From the NCBI RefSeq assembly GCF_018977255.1, contig NW_024704743.1, forward strand, positions 99,946,001-100,010,000: a stretch of 64,000 nucleotides of DNA, given 5' to 3'. The DNA is from Callorhinchus milii (lineage: Eukaryota). Both the position numbers and the translations under genes were made by a program. How positions within the stretch are numbered: the stretch's first letter is position 1; each line of letters starts with the position of its first letter. The notes under the pieces are model-generated. The model ran no database searches. It was not told the DNA's origin and saw only the letters and a program-made list of their open reading frames with translations. Of this stretch, positions 12,521-24,029 are shown one piece after another.

Positions 12521-14109
12521 TTATTTTGGTCTTTGTAATCCAGAAAACGAAGCTGATGGTTTTTGATCTTTATCCTTTCAAAAAAAAATTTTTAAACGCT
12601 GCCATAATAGTAGAGATAAGGTTGAGATCATGCAAACTAAAATAAAGAAGGGGAAAAAGCTTAACATTTCCCAAATGGTGATCACAGCTGCAATTACGAA
12701 ATCTGCAGATTTGGCAATACTGACGTGAGAAATAATGAAACACACAAGCTTTCCAAGTCTGGTAAGATTCAAATAGAGTACATCCCTTCCCACCACGAGC
12801 ACATGAAGAAAGAAATCACAAAATATGCTGGATTGGACCAAGTCTGACTACTCCAGGGAACAGAGTACGAAATGTAACAACATACAATTAAACCAACCCT
12901 TCATGGTCTTTAGATTGTAAACTATCAGCACAACAGTAAATTTTTACCATAAATCCTAAATTAAGCTTTTTGAGCAATGGTCTCCAAAGTCTGAATTGAA
13001 CCAGATCCCGCAAATACACAGTCACATCACTTCACAGCATGTCCTGTGAAGCGCTTTGAGGTGTCTCAAGTCACCATATCATATGCAATTATTATATTAT
13101 CCAAAGATACTCTTTTTCAAGCAGAAATAATAATTAAACTTCATTCTAAGCTATCCAAGTCTGAGGTATAAATGACTTTAATCTGGAAAAAATTACATTC
13201 GATTTGGAACATAATTTCATAAAAAAGATGGGCGCAGATTTTCTTAGAAACATTTGAATGGGATATTATAAAATAAAGTGTGAAAGGATGTGTCAGTTAA
13301 GTGACTTCTTATGGTTCTCATAGGGAAGCCCTATCAATTTTTCAGTAATCGGTTTGATGTTCCTAACATTTGTGACTCTGTCAGCCATTCCAGCACAAAG
13401 CCATAAAAAACAGAGAACACAAATTCGAATCCTGCTGTGTCCTAAGTTAGGTTGTCTCCATTTAGCGGTCTAAATAACTTAGCTTTAGTATTTTGACCAA
13501 AGGAGGACAAACATCAGGATGTTGCTTCTGCTACTTATGCACTGACTCCGAGAAAGTGAATGTGAGGACATTGTTTCCCATTGCACGTTGGAATTATATT
13601 AGTTCAACATTGTAGATTTCTATATTAGCATAAAAACATATTTGAGCTGCTTATTAATGAAATGAGTAGGTACTACAATTAATTTCCTTCCCTTCCACAT
13701 GTGCTTCAACCAATAGATTGTGTGTAGGTCTATGGTACTCCTGTCTCAATTCTGAACATTTTCATGCATTGATATCTGAACAAAACAGATCAGAAAAAAT
13801 GTTCTCAAACCATCAACTCTGTCCACTTTGCTGGAAGGATTAAGCCTCACGTTGTTTACCATTCCACAAATGCAGACAAGCTATTAAATTTAACTCTAAA
13901 GACAATTCTAGGAATATGAACCATCCAGCAATATGAATCTGCAACAACTGGAACAGATATGTAGTTAAGGTAGAATATTGATTTTGAGTCAGCTGATCAG
14001 ATTCAGTGGCCTATAAATTAGCAAATTGGCTTAAAACATGGAATGTAGGTTTCAAGTCATTCATATTCCCAAATAATAAGTTCATGTCATTGATTTAAAG
14101 GGATAGGAT

Positions 14110-14580
14110 TTTTGGGGGGTTGGCTGGGTGTCTGACGCATTGCAGGAACCCTTCATCATGCTTAGGAGTGTCCAGACCAAACCGAGTTCCCTGCATCCTG
14201 CCTACACACATGGAAATTTCAGAGATATTTGTTGGAATGCAATTTGCATTCTCTTCTCAGAGGGACTCATTCTGCTTACCTAATTCTGGAAAGTATTAGC
14301 TGTAGGTGGGCAAGAGCTAAGGCTTGGCGACCCCAGAGTATACTTTAGGGTACTGCTGGAGTCTAACCAGATAAAACCAAATAGCTTGCTATTGATATCA
14401 CTGTCTGGCAAGCTTTCCTGCTGTCAAACTAGATCCACCCTACCCTTTAGGACTTTGGTTTGGAGGATTAACAGGAGCTGAGTGGGAGGATTCCCTGCAC
14501 CCAGTGACTGGTCTGCCCTCTCAAGTCCTCAGATGAGCCACGCTGGCAGTGCTATCATCAGCAGTGCCCTGCAATACTGC
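14110..14580 (+). repeat. Family U repeat, copy 3
   Basis: Reference copy for the family; see findings. Confidence 0.7.
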
Positions 14581-14745
14581 GGACCCGCCTGTCCCGCATC
14601 AAACTTCGTACCCCAATTACTCCAGTCCTTGCCAAACTCCACTGGCTCCCTGTCATAGAGCGGATCGACTTCAAGATCCTCGCTCTAGTGTTTAAATCCC
14701 TCCATTTCTTGGCAGCCCTCTATCTCTCTAAACTCCTCTTTCCCC

Positions 14746-15795
14746 ACGCTAAGTTAGCAGATGACACCAAGCTAATGAAGGTGGTAGATTGCGAAGCTGA
14801 ACAAGATAGGTTACAGGAGGATTTGAACATACTTGGGAATTGGGCAGACTGGTGGCAGATGAAATTCCATGTGGAGAAATATAAAGTACTTCATGTGGGG
14901 ACAAAAAGTCCTGGAAGGGAATATTATTTGAACGGAAGGAAAATAATATGTATGGCAAATGAAAAGGACCCGTGGGTCCCGATTGACAATAAATTGAAGC
15001 TCTCCCAACAGTGTTCTGTCAGTGAGGAAAGCAAACCAGATGATGGGATGTATCAAAAGATCAATAGAAAGCCGAAATAGTGGGGTAATCCTGCCACTGT
15101 ATAAAATATTGGTGAGACTGTACTGTGTACAGTTCTGGTTTCCGCAGTACAAAAAGGATATGGGAAAAATCAAGAGAATACAGAGGAGGGCAACCAGAAT
15201 GATTGAGGGAATGGAGGAACTGAACTATGAGGAGCAACTAAGTAAACTGAGCTTGTTCACGCTGGAAAAGAGAAGATTAAGAGGTGATATGATTGCTGTC
15301 TGTAATATTCTAAAGGGGCAAGATAATGTATATCGCAACAGCGCGTTTCAACTAGTGCAGAATAGTAAAACTGTAGGACACGGCCTGCAATTGAAGGGGT
15401 AAATTCGGAACAAATCTACGACAACACTATTTCAGTGAGCGAATAGTAAACCTGTAGAACAGACTCCCTAGGGAGACAGTTGAAGCACGAAATGTTGATT
15501 CCTTCAAACACAGATTAGATAGCTTTCTTTTAAGAAATAAGATTACGAGATATAGTAATAATAATAATCCTTACAGTTAATATAGCACTTTATCACGTCT
15601 TCAAGACGTCTCAAAGTGCTTCACAGAATATACTGTAAAGTGAATTGACTGTATATTTTGTGGCCGAACTACCAGATTAGTACATAGATAGTTTGGGACA
15701 TATGTGCATGCACCACCCACCCCCCAGAAGGTGGAAGGCGAACTAGATGGACCTTGGTTTTCTTTTCATCTAGCATTTCTTATGTTTTTATGTTA
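14746..15795 (+). mobile_element. CR1 LINE 3' portion (RT C-terminus plus 3'UTR), preceded by an L2 fragment (14580-14745) and interrupted by a minus-strand SINE tail (15556-15680)
   Basis: KLADDTKL, WADWWQMKFHVEKYKVLHVG, YCVQFWFPQYKKD, LEKRRLRGDMI; tail ttcttatgtttttatg. Confidence 0.92.
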
Positions 15796-15835
15796 TTTAC
15801 GTTGCTGTTTTACATTATGAAAATTTGTTTTACAG

Positions 15836-15906
15836 TATTCGGGCTGCTTCTCGGAGATACAATTATTCTGGACAACTTAAATGCTGCTAATCAGTATCGA
15901 AAAGAG
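15836..15906 (+). CDS. SMCHD1: SMCHD1 exon, hinge ([24 protein letters not shown])
   Basis: tacag|TA...GAG|gtacgt; 71 nt; phase 1/0. Confidence 0.96.
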
Positions 15907-16130
15907 GTACGTACCAAGTTTGTAACATTTCCGCGTTCATTTCTAATTGACTACATTCCTCCTATGTAGTATTTTGCAATAGCTGGGAATCTGTTGGGTG
16001 GAATTTAAGCTGTTTTGCTTGAAAACTATTGAGACTTTTGAAAATGTCTTTGTAGAGTTTATTTAACTGCTTATGGTTGAAGATAGTGATGCTGCTTTTT
16101 AACCTTCAGGAACTTTTTAATCAAATTTAG

Positions 16131-16302
16131 GTTGTGAAAATCACACACTGCCCTACCTTGCTAACTAGAGAAGGAGACCGAATCCGAAGCAATGGGAAGT
16201 TTGGAGGCCTTCAAAACAAAGCTCCTCCAATGGAAAAACTCAGAGGAATGGTGTTCGGCGCTCCTCTCCCAGAGGCATACCATTCATTGAATTCACAAAT
16301 AG
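16131..16302 (+). CDS. SMCHD1: SMCHD1 exon, hinge ([47 protein letters not shown]...SQI)
   Basis: tttag|GTT...ATAG|gtttgt; 172 nt; phase 0/1. Confidence 0.97.
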
Positions 16303-18776
16303 GTTTGTATATAATTAAATTGGCAAGGATGTAAGATGTAAACGACTTTGTTACTAATGATGCTCAAAATATTGTCCTCGTCTCCATTTTCTTTAACTCT
16401 TACCACCGAAGTATCTCTTTTAAAACGTCTAACAACAACTTGGATTTCTATAACCCCCTTTTTGCAGGGTAGAGTCTTGCTTAACTGGCTCTAATTTTAA
16501 GATTTGAGATCCCTTTACAAAAGGGAAGAGTGATGCCTAGCCCACAAATCTTACTGTGCAATAGATGTCATACAGTACAGTATCAATAAAAAAAATCTGG
16601 AATCATGAGAAGATACAGTGAAACTGAGTAAAACAGTTTAACAGTACTTACTTAAAACAATTTTAATCTGGTTCTATTGATAGGTATAGTGATAACATTA
16701 TTATTCAAAATAATCGTCTTACAATTTGCTGTTATCTAGCTGAGTTGTAGATTGGGTTTAAATTGGGTTTGAGGAAAATGGAGGATATAAAGATTGAACA
16801 CTTAAGATTTAAAAGTTTTTTTTCCCACCCAAAATATCTTGGTTGAAGTCAGAATCTTGCTCCTTCACCTTTTTGTACTTTTGAATGACTACTTATGTCC
16901 TTTTTTATATCTTTAAAAAAAATCTGAACAAATAAATCTTAGAATGGCAAATTTAGATATGTTTGAATTGAATATTTTGGTTCAGTTTTAGAAAATGACA
17001 TCTAAGATCATCCATAAATGCATATTTTGGATAGACAGCCGGATCATGTATGAGTGTATACCAACTTAATAAAAGGTACTAATGCAGTTTAGTGAAACGG
17101 TCAGTCTTCGTAAGTGGGTCCTAATCATTTGACTTTGTACAAGCAGCCCTCATTTCAACCTCGTTGGTGCCAATGAAAGGCAAGGTGCTTCCAACTCTAC
17201 AAGAGGGAGAGCAGTCCAAATACATTGGACTGTTGTCATGTATCTTACAGCATTTAGTTATAGGGCAGCATTATCTGAAGCCTGAAAATAAGAATCCAAT
17301 TTGTTCTTTCATCTGGGGAAGAAGGTTGTACATTCTGTAAATATTTTCATTAAACATCTTAAACGTAGACATTATGTCAACTATGCATTTTTCTGGAGCT
17401 TGTTCATAGTTCTAGATACAACTTCACTGGAAGCTGTGCTTTTCTGTAGCTTCAATGTTAACAGCTGGTAGCAGGGAAACACTCCCAAATTGCCAATTTA
17501 AAACTGTATTTACCCTTACAGTGCCAATAAAACAGCCATGTAAACTTGCTACTATTGTTGATTTGGAACAATTTTTTGGAACATTGGCTGAAATAGTTCT
17601 GCAAGCTGGAAGAGGAAGATAGTTTCCGTTTCCAGTCTCAAAAAATTACACAATAAAAAACATTCAGTGTTTTTTTTAAATGTGGCCTCAAATTCTGGAT
17701 ATACATACTGACTTATTTCTCTTGCACGTGCAATGAGGTGAATGGGGTGAGTCAGAAGTCAATCTGCTTGAACAGTGACCATGTCTTCAAGATCCTTTAA
17801 TGGGAAGTTTCGGATGAGGAGAAATATTTTCCTTCTGTTCTCACATTTAAAAAATGCTTCTATAAAACCATAATGCATTGTGCTGACTCATATTGTACAC
17901 ATTTGCAATGATTTCCAAAAAACTATAAACAAGTCAGCATTAACATGCGATGAAATGTTTTAAAAGTGTTTATTCTATAATGTTTAAACTGAAAATATTT
18001 ATTTCACTATATAAAGGGAAAATCTAAGTGCAAACTCGCATTCTATTATTTTTGGCAGTGTTGGTACACTGATGCATTTTGTCTTGGGGGCACTATACAA
18101 CATATCCCAGTAGCTTGCTTAAAGATTGACCTGTGAACACATTCAAAGGAGGGACATATTAATCATATAATAACTTTAGTCTTCTTTGTACATCTAGAAT
18201 ATTGTTTTATTAGTGAATCTTACCTTATTTATTACAGTAGATCTCACATAAGCTGCAACTTTATAAATCATATAATCACCTACATTTTTTTGTTTTATGG
18301 TCAGTCGGGTGTCTGACACATGCTATATATATGTTATATATGCATCGTAGTCCCATTCAGTTTCCTATCAAAAATCACTTAGCATGAGTCTTATAAGCAA
18401 ATCTCCTAACACATAACGCAGCTCCCATATCCTCCATTACTCCTGCTCTTATCAGTTGCATTGAATCATAGTAAATGGCACCCTGACCCGTCCGCACATG
18501 TTCTGAAGAACTTAATTTCTTGTAAATGCATATGTGGCAACTGGTCAAGACTCATTGAATCGTGGGAAACATAATTTTGACCAGGTCACCACATGTGTAT
18601 CTCCCGGCTGCATTGAATTACATATGCGCATTGTAGATTATTGATTAAATCAGATTTTACACGAATTATACAAGTGTGCCTGTAACTTGGACTTTGCTTA
18701 AATCCTATTAAATATTATGGTCCTGACTGATGAGACTTATCTGAATTTTACTGAAGTAATTTTACCTGTTTTACAG

Positions 18777-18935
18777 AACTTATCCAACAGTATCACTCTG
18801 CTATGATCAAGCTTACTAATGTCAAAGAAGAACTAGAGCTACAACTTAAGTACATTAGTTCACCAGAAATGAACCTAAAGCACAAGGAACTGAATGACCA
18901 AGAGAATCAGCTCAAACAAATTGAGCAGAAAATAG
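18777..18935 (+). CDS. SMCHD1: SMCHD1 exon, C-terminal coiled coil (ELIQQYHSAMIKL...QIEQKI); non-canonical GC donor
   Basis: ttacag|AA...ATAG|gcaagt; 159 nt; phase 1/1; joins to GT ATG ACT CCA to give conserved K-x-G-M-T-P. Confidence 0.93.
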
Positions 18936-19084
18936 GCAAGTTATCAGTTTCCTAATCACATCCTATTCTTTAGCTGCAGGATTGCAGTGTTTGATGTTAA
19001 TTTCATCTGGCCCATCTGTGGGTGAGTATTCAGCCATTCTTCCCCCACTCTCTGGAACTCCTTCCTGGAGTCCCTCCCTCAATG

Positions 19085-19397
19085 TTCAATGGCTGCCTCA
19101 AGACGTAACTGTTCCAGACTAGATGGGTGTTTGACATCTGACAAGCGCAGGTTTGAGCCCTCATTAAGTGGATGGAAGGTATCAGGAACTCCCTGCGAGC
19201 TTCCTAGTGGGTAACACAGCTCATCATGTCTTGCATGAGAGCATTGCCACCATCTTCGTGTCCGCAGCTTGGGCACATTCCTTCCCATTAAGCGATGCTT
19301 CCACCAGTTGGAGGTGCGGAGTTTAAGTAGTAGTTGCTTGCCTCTTTGCAAACCAATCAAAGTCGATTCCGAACGCCGATGTACAAACTTGTGTTCA
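19085..19397 (-). mobile_element. Non-LTR retrotransposon C-terminal fragment (RTEX/Crack-like zinc-knuckle region)
   Basis: Frameshifted LLKLRTSN ... CPSC...SC...ARREFLIP. Confidence 0.4.
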
Positions 19398-19745
19398 CAA
19401 TTTGCCTTTAACAAATCCATGTTGGCAGTCCTTTATTAACCCATATTTTTCTGAAAATTTATTTTGTCCCCGATTATAGTCTCTAGAAGTTTCCCCAGCA
19501 CTGACATTAGGCTGACTGGCCTGTAGTTCTCGGGTTTATCCTTCTGCCCCTTTTTGTACAGGGGAGTAACATTTCCAACCCTCCATTCCTCTGGCACCAC
19601 TCCAGTGTCCAAGGAGGATTGAAAGATTGTGGCCAGAGCCTCCATTATTTCCACCCGAACTTCCCCCTCAGTAACCTAGGATGCATCCCGTCCAGACCGG
19701 GCGACTTATCTACCTTGAGCACCGTCAACCTTTTTAGTACCTCCT
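19398..19745 (-). mobile_element. CR1 RT fragment
   Basis: IFQSSLDTGVVPEEWRVGNVTPLYKKGQKDKPENYRPVSL...QHGFVKGK. Confidence 0.92.
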
Positions 19746-21176
19746 CTTGGTTTATTTGTAAAGCACTTTGAGCAATTTACCTTATGTAAAAGGTACTATA
19801 TGTGTTTTGATTATAGGAATTATTTGTGAAAAATGTATTTGAATAATTACTATTCTCAGATAATATCACTTAAAAAATATCATCTGTCCCTAAAAACTTC
19901 ATACTCACAAGTAGGAATTAATGACCAGCAAGGTTATCAGAGACATAATTGTGAATTGAAAAGGCCCATTTTTTAATCTTATTTTTTCAGAATCCCCTCT
20001 CTTCTCATCACAGCATCAAGCTATTTTATAAATGACTAGTGCCCTGGCTTTAACCACCTATCCTAGTAACCTGTTCCAGTTGTTAATTGCCCTCTGTTTC
20101 CCTTGCTTGTTGCTGCCTCGCAATAAATAAATAATCCTTGCATTTGATGTAGTGCTTTTCAAGTCTGCTAGACGTCTTTATCCTATCCATGGAATACATG
20201 TGTTTCTTATTCTTACTTCCTATAATCAGTACCTTGCAGAGACTGCATACTCTATTAAATACAAGCATTTTGATAATTTTTTAATCAATGTTTCACAGTC
20301 AACAAAGAACTACCATTAAATTTGCTGTTAAAAAAACTAGTAAATACTGTCATATCTAGAAATAGTTGCCACTGACAAAGTGTACTCATACCACATTAAT
20401 AAACCAGTTTCAGAAAGGTGTCATGCTGGAAGCATAACTAATTCTACTTTAAAATTATTTAGATTTGTCTGACTGTTTAAATTGTTTTCTGGTGTAAATT
20501 AAAAGCAAAGACTATTGTAGATTGGCTAACATTTGCTGTTAAGTTGTTTCCTTCCATTATTTGCATGGTTCTACAAAATACTTTTTCTATGTCTTTCCTT
20601 TAGTGGCTTCTAGAGGAGAAGCATGCATGTAAATTTGTTGTAGCACTATTAATTTGGGACTCCCTCTCTAAATAGTACAATTTGAATTGCACTCTAATAA
20701 ACCAATTTATTGTAATTATTAGAACTGTATTTAGCCAAACAGTGCTTCAGTTGTAACTGTTTCTTACTTTCTTTTGCCAATTTTTTTATAATTATTCTTT
20801 CTCCTGAAGGTGTGAATTTGTTATCGGAGTAAACATCCATGTGTGCAGAATGCACTCCAGTACTTAGTTCAAGTGGCCATTCTTCTATTGCTGAGACATT
20901 GAGTATTGACTGGGGGGGCTTCAAACCAACCTCCCTTCCAATCTACACAGACTTTGCAGCATAGATCAATGAATAGCAATAAGAAGTCCTGGTTTATTCT
21001 CCCCTCCCCTCACCCCCGGATCTGTAAAAATATGACCAGTCCCTTAATATTGCATCTGTTCTAGGTTTTCTAGTAATGGGGAATATTTTCCACTGTAATT
21101 AGTGGCCAACAAACCCCAATTCTATGAATATGGATTACATTTGTAATAGTGCTGTTGCTGTTTTTTTGTTACCCAG

Positions 21177-21288
21177 GTATGACTCCAACTGGACCACCTT
21201 CTGCACCCAAAGCAACAGCTCTGGATTTATCTGAAGGGCAGACACCAAGCAAAAGGATGAGAAGAGAAAGTGCAAAGAAAACATATAG
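21177..21288 (+). CDS. SMCHD1: SMCHD1 penultimate exon (GMTPTGPPSAPK...PSKRMRRESAKKTY)
   Basis: acccag|GT...TATAG|gtttgt; 112 nt; phase 1/2; conserved KRMRRE. Confidence 0.93.
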
Positions 21289-21409
21289 GTTTGTTTTTAA
21301 AGTCATTATTTTTATTTGTCATTGCACGTGTCTGCTTTTATTTACAAACTTTTTTGAGCATATTAGCACAAATGCCAATAGATAATAAAAAAAAAGTTTT
21401 TTTTTCTAG

Positions 21410-21518
21410 CTCAGAGGAATGGGTTTCAGCACCTTTGAGGAAAACACAGCTCTATTCAGAATCTGGATCAGAAACAAATGGAAGTTCATCATCATTATCA
21501 AGGAAAAGAAAGGCTTAA
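21410..21518 (+). CDS. SMCHD1: SMCHD1 terminal coding exon (SSEEWVSAPLRKTQLYSESGSETNGSSSSLSRKRKA*)
   Basis: Strong T-tract acceptor ttttttctag|C in the correct phase; TAA at 21516-21518; followed by an AU-rich 3'UTR. Confidence 0.82.
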
Positions 21519-21794
21519 AGCAAACAAGACAAGTTTTTATACGGATGGAAGTCATAAGCAATAGAAATGCTTTTCAGCTGAAATAATGTATATAGTTTGA
21601 GTTTCAGAGAAAATTGGGCAATGTACGAATGTTCTACAGAGATTTTTATCCGACAGTCATATTAAAGAAATCTGTCAGCAGATAATGTGTTCATTTGAAG
21701 TTATTTAAATTGAAAAGCTTAATTTTTTTATTCAACTTTGTACTTTTTATTTTTAAAACTTTTTGGATGTTTACAGATCTTTGTCAGAGTAAGA

Positions 21795-21800
21795 AATAAA
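21795..21800 (+). terminator. SMCHD1 polyadenylation signal AATAAA
   Basis: AATAAA ~280 nt after the stop codon, with upstream U-rich/TGTA elements and a downstream GT/T-rich tract. Confidence 0.7.
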
Positions 21801-22124
21801 GCCTCTGCAATTTAAATGGTTTATTTCCTTAAAAAAAAATGAAATCTTATTGTATTCTTTAATTGACTGGTATGCACATTTGACAGAACAGCCAACCATT
21901 TATACACTTATCATTGTTAAAATTTTCTGCCCTTAAATGTTCAGTTAGTTTGATTTACTGGTAATCTTAAAGAATTCTATTTTGCTTAATATTACTCAAT
22001 GGTTAAAACTTCAACAGTGTATTCTTCTAATGCCTGGAAAGAATTTTAATTCACATGTTTCTGTAAGATCAAACTGAGCTATTGAAAACTTATCTCCAGC
22101 TTGTGAAGCCACAACTGGTGACTG

Positions 22125-22890
22125 AGGTTTCAGTGTGGATCATATGATAACGCTCTTGTCTGTCAAGTCAGAAATTGGAGAGTTCAAGCCCCACACCGGG
22201 ATTTGAGCTCATAGTTTGACATTATGTGGCAGTACTGGTGGAGCTCAGTGGTTAGAGCATTCATCTTGCAAGTGAGAGACCTGGATTCGTTTCCTGGCAG
22301 GATAAAATGTTGGGCAAGTTTCCTTACTCCACACGCCTCTGTTTACCTAGCAGTAAGTAGGAACACGGTTGTCAGTCGATTTGTGGATCGCTTTTCCGGG
22401 GTAATAATTCCTTCAAAAAAAAATTGGTCACTTCAATCCACGACTGTTTGTGGGACACTGCTGTGCGCAATTGGCTGACGTGTTTCACCCCCAAAATAGA
22501 CAGTCAATTTACTTTACAGTATATTCTGTGAAGTGCTTTGAGATGTCTTGAAGATGTGATAAGGCACTAAATTAAATGGAAGGATTATTATTACTAAATT
22601 TTCAGAGGTGCCATTCTTCAAATGAAGCATTAAACTAAGATCCCGTCCGCCTGCGCAAGTGGACATTAAAGATATGGCACTATTTGAAGAGGGAGTTTCT
22701 CCTGGTGTCCTGCCCAATACTTGAGATAAAATTTGTCTTAACTTCACAGCTGTTTGCAGAACATTGTTAACTTCAAACTGGATGCCACATTTGCCTACAA
22801 CTAGAATTGCTACATCATCACAGTAAAAACCCTCCGAAGTGCTTTGAGATGTTTTGATGGAGTGCTAAAGCACTTTATCAAATGCAAGGA
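22125..22890 (+). mobile_element. Family B Deu-SINE interrupted by a long-form family A SINE (22238-22594)
   Basis: B head 22125-22237 and body/tail 22600-22890 flank a complete A element. Confidence 0.8.
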
Positions 22891-23009
22891 ATAGTATAAA
22901 AAAGTTGCTGGGCTTCTTTGCAAATTCCGGACATTTGAAACTCAAGTGCTTCAGGTATGGCTGCCTTACAAAATAAAATGTACAAAATAATTCTTTCTAT
23001 ACAATAATC

Positions 23010-23440
23010 GTTGCATTTGACCTAGCACCTCATCCTGCAGTTGAGACGACTCAAAGCGCTACACAGAATTTTACTGTGAAATATAGCATGCATTTGTAGG
23101 TGAATGGCAACCAATTTGCAATGTCCCACAAACAGTCATGGAGTGGCTAATCAATTTTATTTGGGGGACTGTTACCCCGACATTGGGTACAATTTGGGGA
23201 ACTTAATGCAGAAATCACATCATAAAAGTAACATCATAGAAGTGCTTCAGGCACAGCTGCCTTTTGTACAAAATAATTCCCTCTTTGAATAGTGTCTTGG
23301 GATCTTCAACATCAACCTGAAGAGTCAGATAGGCCCTTGGTCTTGATGTCTGAAGGACAGCTCCAACGTTACAGCACACTCCCAGCAGTGCACAAGATTG
23401 TCAGCCCAGAATGAATTCAAAGTCCTGAGATGAAGCATTC
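23010..23440 (-). mobile_element. Family B Deu-SINE containing a templated insertion (23187-23284)
   Basis: Reverse-complement similarity to 52580-53020. Confidence 0.75.
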
Positions 23441-24029
23441 AGTACAATTCTGTATTTGAATTATCCAGATTTGTCACAAGATTTGCATTCTATCACAGAA
23501 TTGAATTGCCAACATTTGGATATTAGTTTACAATCAATATTTCTTTCTGCTTCTCAATCATTCAGCGGAGCCTCATTTAAAAAAATATTAGCTTAAAGTA
23601 TGGAAAAACTGAATATTTCCTCCTGTAAAGTCTACAGATACAAACATTTATGGTCTAACCGAGAGTGGAATCTACTCTACATGCTTTACTTACTGAATGA
23701 TGTTCAGCAAAATTTTTCCTTATAGTCCACAAAGGCAATCAAGCAAAGTTCCACAGTATCTATCCATTTGGTAGTTCTATCCAGTTGCCCTTCCAGCTTG
23801 ACTCGCCTTTTTTTCATTTCTTAATCATTTTCTGATGTTTTTGTCAAGATCTTCTTATGTATATTTAACTGCTGACTATTTCTCCTTTTTGGGCAGTGGA
23901 TTTTGAGAATTAATAGCACCTTCAAGAATTAAAGACCAGATGGCCATTTCCTCCATAATCGGGATTATAGAAATTGGGAGTACTGGAGGAAGATGTTTGT
24001 TTGGCTCATTGAACCTAATGATACTTGGT

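Larger units (their letters stand above)
1255..21820 (+). other. SMCHD1: SMCHD1 gene, 3' portion (12 coding exons plus 3'UTR); the 5' part lies upstream of the window
   Basis: Joined exons give one open frame matching vertebrate SMCHD1 C-terminus motifs ([83 protein letters not shown]). All exon phases are compatible. Confidence 0.97.

Noticed and set aside
18525..18600. Imperfect ~22-bp inverted repeat (a similar weak one at 4657-4706) as a miRNA or MITE
   Set aside because: Several mismatches and no TSD or second copy seen; insufficient support.
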